From Candidatus Lustribacter sp. (GTDB lineage: Bacteria > Vulcanimicrobiota > Vulcanimicrobiia > Vulcanimicrobiales > Vulcanimicrobiaceae): a DNA stretch of 64,000 nt. Location: positions 56,987-120,986 of the forward strand of contig JBEKXE010000001.1 in assembly GCA_049512335.1 (NCBI GenBank), read 5' to 3'. Position 1 is the first letter of the stretch. Every line of letters begins with the position of its first letter. Shown here piece after piece: positions 30,535-37,744 of the stretch. The position numbers and the translations under genes were made by a program. The notes beneath the pieces are model-generated. The model saw only the letters and a program-made list of their open reading frames with translations, did not search any database and was not told where the DNA came from.

Positions 30535-31415
30535 GCGGCGCGCGCGCGTCGTTCGCCGCCCTTGCCGGGCTCGTGGTGCTGGTCGCGCTGGCCGCGCAGC
30601 TCGTCGCCGACGGGCTCTACGGCACGCTGGCCGTGCTGCCGTCGGTGCCGCGCGCGCTCGCCGGCGACTGGCCGTTCGCGCTGGCCGAACGCACCGGGCT
30701 CGACCGCATCCCGGCCGTGCGCGTCGCGCTCGCGCGCGGCGCGATCGTGCGTGACGAACCGGCGCGCGCCGTTGCGCTGCTGGCGCCGCTCGGCACCGGC
30801 GGCGACGTGATCGATCTGCGCGGCCGCGCCGCCATGCTAGCGAACGATCCGGCCGGCGCGTTGCGCGACTTCACCGCGGCCGGCGACTTCATCGCCGCCG
30901 AGGGCGCGATCGACGCGCTCGGCGACCGCGATCCGCGTGCCGCGCTGGCGCTCGTGCGCGACTTCGAGGCGCGCCTCGTCGCCAACGGCGAGGCGCCGGA
31001 GATCACGGCCGAAGTCGAGTGGCGCGAGGGCGGCATCGCCGCCGCCGCCGCGCGCCGGTATCCGGCCCAGGCCGCGGCTTACGACCGCGCGTCGGTCGAC
31101 GCGTTCGCCCGCGCGCTGGCGCGCGCGCCCAACGACGAGAAGTATTTGCTGAACTACGCCTTCGCCGCACTGCGTAACGGCGACGTCGAGGTGGCGAAGC
31201 GCACCTACCAGCGCGCGACGGAAGTCGTGCCCGACAGCGTCGATGCGTTTCTCGGCGTGGCGGTGACGGCGGCCGGCCTCGGTCAGTGCGCGGCCTCGCG
31301 CGCGGCGCTGGCGCAAGCGCGCGCCTTTGCGGCCGGCCAGCATCGCACGGTCGCGACGCCCGCTACGGGTTATGCGCCCGACGTGCGCGCGGCGTTCGCG
31401 CGCTGCAACGGGTGA
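30531..31415 (+). CDS. Hypothetical membrane-anchored protein with Ala-rich TPR-like repeats
   Basis: The TTG start overlaps the porin stop. N-terminal hydrophobic helix, then repeated helical A/R/D-rich segments (e.g. EKYLLNYAFAALRNGDVEVAKRTYQRATEVVPD). Confidence 0.35.
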   Translation: MSGARASFAALAGLVVLVALAAQLVADGLYGTLAVLPSVPRALAGDWPFALAERTGLDRIPAVRVALARGAIVRDEPARAVALLAPLGTGGDVIDLRGRAAMLANDPAGALRDFTAAGDFIAAEGAIDALGDRDPRAALALVRDFEARLVANGEAPEITAEVEWREGGIAAAAARRYPAQAAAYDRASVDAFARALARAPNDEKYLLNYAFAALRNGDVEVAKRTYQRATEVVPDSVDAFLGVAVTAAGLGQCAASRAALAQARAFAAGQHRTVATPATGYAPDVRAAFARCNG

Positions 31416-32431
31416 GGGTCGCGCTCGACGCGCAGCTCGCCGTCGGCACCGCAACCGGAATCGGCACCTACCAGCGCGACCTCGCGCGCGCCCTCGCGGC
31501 GGCCGGCATCGACGTGCGAACGTTGCAGTTCCCGGCGCTCGATCCGTGGCGCTTCGACCGGCGCGTCGTGTGGGATCAGCTACTGCTGCCGTGGCTCGCC
31601 GCGCGCAGCGGCGCCGGCGTCCTGCACGCGGCCTCGGGAACGCTGCCGCTGGTGCGCACGCTGCCGGTCGTGGTCACCGTGCACGACATGGCGTGGCTGC
31701 GCGTGCAGGCGCATACGCGGGCCTACGCGCGCGCGTACTTCGGCGGGCTGATGAAGCGGCTCTATCGCGGTGCGGCCGCGATCATGACCGACTCGGCGTT
31801 CGCACGCGATGAGTTTCTCGAGCTGGCCGGCCCGCGCGAAAACGTCCAGGTCGTGTATCCGGGCGTCGACGAGCGCTTCGCCGCGCTCGCTCGCCGCCCG
31901 CGCGCGCGGCCGTTCGCGCTCGTCGCCGGCACGGTCGAACGCCGCAAGAATTTGCTGCGTGCGGTCGAGACGCTGGCCGCGGTGCCGGAGCTCGACCTGG
32001 TGGCGGTGGGTCCGCCGACGCCCTACCTCGACGAGGTGCGCGCGCGGGTCGCCGCACTGGGTTTGGGCGAGCGCGTCGCGGTGCGCGGCTACGTCGCGCG
32101 CGCCGAGCTCGACGCGCTCTACGCCGAAGCCGCGCTGGCGCTGGCGCCCTCGCGCTACGAAGGCTTCGGCTACGCGGTGGCCGAGGCGCTGTGCGCGGGT
32201 TTGCCGGTCATCGCCGCGCGTTCGTCGTCGCTGGTCGAGGTCGCGGGCGGCGATGCGCCGCTGATCGATCCCGACGACGCGGCCGGCTGGGTCGACGCGG
32301 TGCGCGCGCTGCTCGCCGACCGCGACGCTGCGGAGCGCCGCGCAGCCGCGGCGCGAGCGGCCGCAGTCGAACGCTTCGCCTGGTCGCGCGCGGCGGCCGA
32401 GTGCAAGGCGATCTACCAGAGCATAGCCTGA
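31412..32431 (+). CDS. Family 4 (GT-B) glycosyltransferase
   Basis: GTGA overlap with the upstream stop. VRVALDAQLAVGTATGIGTY N-terminus and the E-x7-E region SRYEGFGYAVAEALCAGLPVIA. Confidence 0.85.
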   Translation: MRVALDAQLAVGTATGIGTYQRDLARALAAAGIDVRTLQFPALDPWRFDRRVVWDQLLLPWLAARSGAGVLHAASGTLPLVRTLPVVVTVHDMAWLRVQAHTRAYARAYFGGLMKRLYRGAAAIMTDSAFARDEFLELAGPRENVQVVYPGVDERFAALARRPRARPFALVAGTVERRKNLLRAVETLAAVPELDLVAVGPPTPYLDEVRARVAALGLGERVAVRGYVARAELDALYAEAALALAPSRYEGFGYAVAEALCAGLPVIAARSSSLVEVAGGDAPLIDPDDAAGWVDAVRALLADRDAAERRAAAARAAAVERFAWSRAAAECKAIYQSIA

Positions 32432-32606
32432 TGCTTTTGGGGGCACCGATGGGAATCTACGGCGAGCCACAAAGTCAAGCCGGCTGAGGCAGCAAGCTGA
32501 CGCGGGAATCAGTATGGGCTCGATCTATCGTCATGACGGCCTGTGGGTAAACTGTCGATAACATGTGCATGAGGGCTTGCTTGCCGCAGCGAAGGTGTGC
32601 GTCGGC

Positions 32607-33350
32607 GTGAAAATCGACTACCGCGATCCGCCGGTGAGCGAGACGTCCGTGGGCGTTGGATTTGCACCTCTTCCGGGCTGGGACGTCCACCTTTTCGGGG
32701 AGGTCCTCGAAGCCGTGAAGACCCGGTACCCGCGCTTCGAGGCTGCACCGCCGCTGTCGATGCCGACCCCAGGATTGGCCTTTCGTTTTTCCGCCGTGCC
32801 CCTTACCCGCGGGCTCTATTTTTCGGCTAACAATACGCAGCTGATTCAGGTGCAGGACAATCTGTTTTTCGTAAACTGGCGCAAATGGCCGCCGGAGAAC
32901 CTCTATCCGCATTACGGTGCGTTACGCTCGCGTTTCGGAGAGGACTGGGGCGCCTTTTGCTCTGTACTCGCCCGCTTTGGAATTCCGCTCCCAGTATTGT
33001 CTCGATATCAGTTGGCGTATGTGAACGTTGTTCCGCACGCTGCCGTTCGCCCGAGCGAGTTGTTTACCAGTTGGATGCCACCCGAAGGCGTTGAGCAATC
33101 CGACATCACTATAAACACTACGTACCGCCTCCCGGATCGCGGTGTCGATGTCGCTCTATCGCTACAACCGGGCCTTCGGGTTGAGGATAATCAGCGGGTA
33201 TCTCAATTGACGATCGTCGTTGGACGCAATGCGCCGCACTCGAGCGACCCTGCGGACCACTTTGACGACCTTCACGATGTGTTGATCGAAACTTTCCAGT
33301 CCGTTACTAGCGAAAACGCTCAACAGACATGGGGACCACAAAATGAGTAG
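32607..33350 (+). CDS. TIGR04255-like protein (sporadically distributed family of unknown function); first gene of the low-GC cassette
   Basis: N-terminal IDYRDPPVSETSVGVGF and LIQVQDNLFFVNWRKW...YPHY match my recollection of the TIGR04255 pattern. The ORF track starts at 32565 (ATG); an in-frame GTG at 32607 gives the family-typical short N-terminus. Confidence 0.5.
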   Translation: MKIDYRDPPVSETSVGVGFAPLPGWDVHLFGEVLEAVKTRYPRFEAAPPLSMPTPGLAFRFSAVPLTRGLYFSANNTQLIQVQDNLFFVNWRKWPPENLYPHYGALRSRFGEDWGAFCSVLARFGIPLPVLSRYQLAYVNVVPHAAVRPSELFTSWMPPEGVEQSDITINTTYRLPDRGVDVALSLQPGLRVEDNQRVSQLTIVVGRNAPHSSDPADHFDDLHDVLIETFQSVTSENAQQTWGPQNE

Positions 33351-33831
33351 TACGATCGTTGACGTACTCACGTCACTCGACCTTCGGCGACCAAGTCAAC
33401 CGCCGCCAACCTTTCCTAATGGCTTCGACGATCAAATACTCGCTGTCACGCCGGACCTTTTGACTCTCGTTCACGAGGAATTTGCACGGCTTGCCGAATT
33501 CCGCCGCCTTCCCTTAGATTGGGACCACGAAGGCGGTGTGGCGATGACTGCGGATGCGAGTGCATCTGCGCAAAGAGTTTTGCGCGCGTTTGCCGCGATC
33601 GCGGGATTTGTGCCGCAAGTCGTTCCCAGTCATGCTGGCGGAGCGCTCATCGAAGTTTGTACCGACAACCTAGGCGTCGACTTTGAGATTTCGCCGCTCG
33701 GAGATATAGAGTTCTTGGTGTCTCGTGGGCACGAAGACCTTGAGGGAACAATTCGAGCAGCGCAGGTACCCGCGCTGTTGCAAACGTTATACGTAAATAA
33801 GCGGAATGAGACCCTAGGGCTAAGCGCCTAA
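33343..33831 (+). CDS. Hypothetical protein (162 aa), second gene of the low-GC cassette
   Basis: ATG preceded by GGGGA. Overlaps the upstream stop by 8 nt (ATGAGTAG). I recognise no family. Confidence 0.6.
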   Translation: MSSTIVDVLTSLDLRRPSQPPPTFPNGFDDQILAVTPDLLTLVHEEFARLAEFRRLPLDWDHEGGVAMTADASASAQRVLRAFAAIAGFVPQVVPSHAGGALIEVCTDNLGVDFEISPLGDIEFLVSRGHEDLEGTIRAAQVPALLQTLYVNKRNETLGLSA

Positions 33832-33836
33832 GACGA

Positions 33837-34205
33837 TTGGAGTCGGACGATCGGCGGGGCGTCGTCTGGCGATTCGTGCACCCTAGCCAAATCATTAAGG
33901 ACGCGGACGGGACACTGACTGTCTCGAGCGGCGTTTTCCGGCGTAGCGATGGCGGCGCGTTCTCGATTTTCTTTGCCGAGCGTTCCGACATATTGGAGCT
34001 TCGTCATGCATTCGAGGGCTCTACGCTCGTGGCCGTGAGAGAATCGGATTTACGCAGGCTCGGTTTTGTCGTCAACCCATGCCCGGCCGATCGGGGGATT
34101 CGATCAGAACACGCAGACTGTATACATCCAGGGGGAAGCAAGGAGCGGAAGCGCGCTGCGCAAGCATTAAGAGACAAGTGCTGGATTGTAGGGCCCGAGA
34201 TCTGA
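33837..34205 (+). CDS. Hypothetical protein (122 aa), third gene of the low-GC cassette
   Basis: TTG start 5 nt after the upstream stop. I recognise no family. Contains the His/Cys-containing segment SEHADCIHPGG. Confidence 0.5.
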   Translation: MESDDRRGVVWRFVHPSQIIKDADGTLTVSSGVFRRSDGGAFSIFFAERSDILELRHAFEGSTLVAVRESDLRRLGFVVNPCPADRGIRSEHADCIHPGGSKERKRAAQALRDKCWIVGPEI

Positions 34206-34242
34206 GATCGAATTGAGTATCTCGCGCGAGGCGTCAGCGCGA

Positions 34243-35943
34243 TCAATACACCGGCGAGCCCGGCGCGCCGGGTGCGACGCTGCCGTCGTCTTGCGCGAAG
34301 ACCAACCGCAACGGGTACGACGATCCGCCTTCGGGCATCGTCGTGACCTGCAGCGTGCGGTAGGTGCCCGGCGCGATCGTCTCTTGCCAGATCTTGTAGC
34401 GTGAGAACGCCGCCAGGCGATGGGCTTGCACGAGCGTGTCGTCGATGATGAACGTGCCGGTCGCGTCGCCGCCGCGCGGGTTGGCGTAGAGCGCGATCGC
34501 TTGGCCGAAGCGCGACGTGTTGACGATCACGACGCGCACCGACTGCATCACGCCGTAATCGCCGGAGAGCGCTTCACCTTCGCGCAGGTTGGGCAGCGGC
34601 AGCTGGCCGATCGGGATCTCGAGCGGCGGCGCGTCGGTGAAGAACGTGTAGTCCGAGAAGAACTCGGGCACCGGGTAGACGCCGCGCGCGTGCGGCGCGC
34701 CGCCGGCCAGCAGATTCGCCGCGTCGGCCGACTGGTCGAGCGGCGCGTCGGCGTGCTGCGCCACCACCGCGATGTCGAGCGGATCGCCGCTGATCTCGCG
34801 CAGCTGCAGGATGCCGTTGACGACCGCGTTCGGCGGGAGATCGTGGTTGACGATGTTCACGGTCGCGCCGGGCGGGATCGTCACGATCGTGCCTTCGTTG
34901 CGCCGCGCGCGGACCAGGAACGTGCGCGTCGCGTTGTGGCCGACCTCCATCTCGTTCGCGCCCGGTCCGGCGAGCGCCGCGATCACGTGCAAGACGGCCG
35001 GCGTCGCCGCGCCGTTGGTCGCTTTGACCAAGACGCGGCGCTCGGGTTCGGTCCCCGGATTGAAGTGGTAGTACAGGAAGCGCTGCGAGGCCGTGCGGTC
35101 GATCGTGGCGGTGAACAGCACGCCGTCGGCGGTCAGGCGTTCGGGATAGTCGCTCACCAACAGCCGGCGCGGCGCCAGCCGGGGCAGCGCCACGTTCTCG
35201 AGCGCGATGCGCGTCGTTCCGCTGACCGTGATGTAAGCGTCGCCGAGGATCTGCACCGGAACGTCGATCTCCATGCGATCGTCGGGCGCCAGCGGCGCGT
35301 GCACGATGACGGCATCGGCCGGCACGTAGATGCGGGCCCCCGGCCGCAGCGTGGCGGCCGCTTCGGCCGCGTCGATCGCGGCGGCGCGCAAGAACTGCAC
35401 CGAAGCCGGATTGCCGGTCACGCGCAGCGGCAGCGCGGCCGCGACCGCGCCGGCGGCGTAGGCGACGCGCACCGCGACCTCGCGCGTGAGCCCGCGGCTG
35501 TCGCCGACGGTCACGATCGTGTTGCCGACCGCGACGCCGCTGATGGCGAGCTGGCGCTTGTCCGAATCGACGGCGACGGTGGCGATGGTCGGATCGGCGG
35601 AGGTCGCGGTGATCGTGCCGGCCGCGCTGTTGACGCGCGCGAGGATGGTCTGCCCCGGCTGCACGGACGGCGTCGGCGGCTCGACGACGATGGGCGGCTG
35701 CGTCGGGGTCGGCGACGGCGACGGGCTCGCGCTCGCTTCGGGTGAGGCGGATTCGCCGGGGGCGGGCGAGGCTTCGGTCGACGCCGGAGCGGGCGACTCG
35801 GCCGGCACGGCGGGCCCCGGAATCGCCGGGTTCACGGGGCCGGTCGGCGCCGGCACGGGCGGGTTGACCTGCGCGCTCACCGTCGAGGCGAGTACGGCGA
35901 CCAACGACCCCACCACGGCGAGCGCCGCGAACGCACGGTGCAA
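34243..35943 (-). CDS. Secreted protein with a Pro/Ala/Ser-rich linker, a Big_2-like Ig domain and a ~400-aa C-terminal domain of unknown function
   Basis: Signal peptide MHRAFAALAVVGSLVAVLASTVSAQV, a low-complexity P/A/S linker and an Ig-like segment (ITATSADPTIATVAVDSDKRQLAISGVAVGNTIVTVGD). Core-like GC content. Confidence 0.6.
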   Translation of the reverse strand: MHRAFAALAVVGSLVAVLASTVSAQVNPPVPAPTGPVNPAIPGPAVPAESPAPASTEASPAPGESASPEASASPSPSPTPTQPPIVVEPPTPSVQPGQTILARVNSAAGTITATSADPTIATVAVDSDKRQLAISGVAVGNTIVTVGDSRGLTREVAVRVAYAAGAVAAALPLRVTGNPASVQFLRAAAIDAAEAAATLRPGARIYVPADAVIVHAPLAPDDRMEIDVPVQILGDAYITVSGTTRIALENVALPRLAPRRLLVSDYPERLTADGVLFTATIDRTASQRFLYYHFNPGTEPERRVLVKATNGAATPAVLHVIAALAGPGANEMEVGHNATRTFLVRARRNEGTIVTIPPGATVNIVNHDLPPNAVVNGILQLREISGDPLDIAVVAQHADAPLDQSADAANLLAGGAPHARGVYPVPEFFSDYTFFTDAPPLEIPIGQLPLPNLREGEALSGDYGVMQSVRVVIVNTSRFGQAIALYANPRGGDATGTFIIDDTLVQAHRLAAFSRYKIWQETIAPGTYRTLQVTTMPEGGSSYPLRLVFAQDDGSVAPGAPGSPVY

Positions 35944-35973
35944 TACGGACCCCCCGAAACCGAGGCCGCGGAC

Positions 35974-37608
35974 TTAGGCGATCTTCATCTCGCGCGACAC
36001 GGCCGATGCCAGCAACGTCTTGTACCCGACGGCCGGGAACAATACGGTTACGAGGTCCTTCTCGGCGCGCTCGACCGTGCCTTGCCCGAACTTCGAATGA
36101 TACACGACGTCGGCGATGCCGTAGCCGGAAATCGATTGGTCGCGGCGCCCTTGCAGGCAGTTCTCGCATGCGCCGCACGAGTCGGCGGTGAAATTCTCGC
36201 CGAAGTAGTTCAGGATGAAGCGCCGCCGGCAGCCGGTCGTTTCGGCGTACTGCAGCATCATCGCGAGCTTGGACTGGTCGTAGCGCTTCTTGGTCTCGTA
36301 ATTCGCCAGATCGAGCACCGCCTCGCGGCTGGCGTGCCGCGCCAGCACGTACTTCGCGCGCGCCGACGCTTCGATGAAGCCGGCCTTCTTCAGCAGCGCC
36401 AGCACGACTTTCAGCTTGGTCAGCGGCAGCTGCGTGATCTTGCGCAGGTCGGTGAGCGAAACGCCGCCCTCCTGCATGCCGAAGATCTCGAGCGTGCCGA
36501 AGACGCGCTGCACTTCCTCGATGTCGGGATACTTGCCGGTGAGGAAGTAGTTCTGCACGCGCGTGTCGCTCATGCGGTAGACCAGGATGCACTTCGACGG
36601 CTCGCCGTCGCGCCCGGCGCGCCCCGCCTCTTGCGTGTAGGCCTCGATCGAGCCCGGCAGATCGTAATGCACGACGAAGCGGATGTTCGGCTTGTCGATG
36701 CCCAGACCGAACGCGTTGGTCGCGACCACCGCGCGGATCGCTTCTTGCATGAACAACTCGTGCACCGCGACGCGATCGTGCTTCTGCAGTTTGGAGTGAT
36801 AGACCGCGGCCGGAATCTCGAGCTGATCTTGCAGATACTTCTGCACCTCGAGCGCATTCTTGATCGTCGCGGTGTAGATGATCCCGGTGCCTTCCAGGGC
36901 GTTGTTCTCGAAGAGCGCTTTGAGCGCGCGCAATTTGCCCGCTTCGTTCTCGGCGCGGCGCACGCTGTAGATTAAGTTCGGGCGGTCGAACCCGCGCACG
37001 ATCGGCTTCACGTCGGGTACGCCCAACTGCGCGAGGATGTCCTCGCGCACCGCCGGCGTGGCGGTTGCGGTCAGCGCCAGCACGGTCGGCCCGCCGAGCG
37101 CCTTGATCACGCGGCCGAGGTTGAGATAGGCCGGCCGGAAGTCATGGCCCCACTGACTGATGCAGTGCGCTTCGTCGATGACGAACAGCGGCACGGTCAG
37201 GCTCTGCAGGATCGCGACGAACGCGTCGTCCTCGAGCTTTTCCGGCGTGACGAAGACGATCTTCATCGCGCCCGACGCGATGCGCGCGAGCGCCGCGGCT
37301 TCCTGATCTTCGCTCAAGGTCGAGTTGAGGGCGACCGTCTCGCGCACGCCGTGCGACTCGAGCATGTCGAGCTGATCTTTCATCAGCGCTATGAGCGGGG
37401 AGACGACGACCGTGGTGCCGGGCAGCATCAGGGCCGGCAACTGGTAGCACAGCGACTTGCCGGCTCCGGTGGCCAAGATCGCCAGCGTGTCCTCCCCGGC
37501 CAGGACGCGGGTGATCACTTCCTCCTGGCCGGGGTTGAAGGTGTCGTATCCAAAACGCTCGCGCAGCGCAGCGTAGAGATCCACGGGACTCTCCCAAACG
37601 ATGATCAT
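35974..37608 (-). CDS. recQ: ATP-dependent DNA helicase RecQ
   Basis: GAGKSLCYQLPA, DEAH box FVIDEAHCISQWGHDFRP, TNAFGLGIDKPN, QEAGRAGRDG and a Zn-binding Cys cluster (CRRR...CGACENC). Confidence 0.9.
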   Translation of the reverse strand: MIIVWESPVDLYAALRERFGYDTFNPGQEEVITRVLAGEDTLAILATGAGKSLCYQLPALMLPGTTVVVSPLIALMKDQLDMLESHGVRETVALNSTLSEDQEAAALARIASGAMKIVFVTPEKLEDDAFVAILQSLTVPLFVIDEAHCISQWGHDFRPAYLNLGRVIKALGGPTVLALTATATPAVREDILAQLGVPDVKPIVRGFDRPNLIYSVRRAENEAGKLRALKALFENNALEGTGIIYTATIKNALEVQKYLQDQLEIPAAVYHSKLQKHDRVAVHELFMQEAIRAVVATNAFGLGIDKPNIRFVVHYDLPGSIEAYTQEAGRAGRDGEPSKCILVYRMSDTRVQNYFLTGKYPDIEEVQRVFGTLEIFGMQEGGVSLTDLRKITQLPLTKLKVVLALLKKAGFIEASARAKYVLARHASREAVLDLANYETKKRYDQSKLAMMLQYAETTGCRRRFILNYFGENFTADSCGACENCLQGRRDQSISGYGIADVVYHSKFGQGTVERAEKDLVTVLFPAVGYKTLLASAVSREMKIA

Positions 37609-37744
37609 GGGCGACGTTCGAAGCCCCCTTCCTAAAAGGGGGCGACGCCGTCGCCAATCGACGGCCGGTATATTCCCCTACTTGGCCCCGCTCAAACGGT
37701 TGCGCAGGCCGGGATGGGCGGACTCCGGTCCGAAGCCACCGCCG

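Noticed and set aside
32475-32912. 145-aa minus-strand ORF at the left edge of the island, plus 33162-33371 (-), 33647-33991 (-) and 34004-34246 (-)
   Set aside because: All overlap the better-supported, mutually coupled plus-strand ORFs. They have no ribosome-binding context or recognisable features.
32432-34242. Mobile-element boundaries (att-like direct repeats, inverted terminal repeats) around the low-GC cassette
   Set aside because: Comparing the ~175-nt left leader with the 37-nt right spacer by eye gave no shared repeat of 8 nt or more. The island is therefore reported as compositionally foreign but not as a defined mobile element.
37609-37744. Possible SRP (4.5S/ffs) RNA upstream of dnaX, as in the ffs-dnaX-ybaB-recR arrangement of some bacteria
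   Set aside because: I could not find the conserved domain IV sequence (GGAA tetraloop flanked by GUCC/GGAAGCAGC-type motifs) on either strand. The region is more simply a divergent recQ/dnaX promoter with a small hairpin, CCCCCTT-CCTA-AAGGGGG. An Rfam cmscan would settle this.
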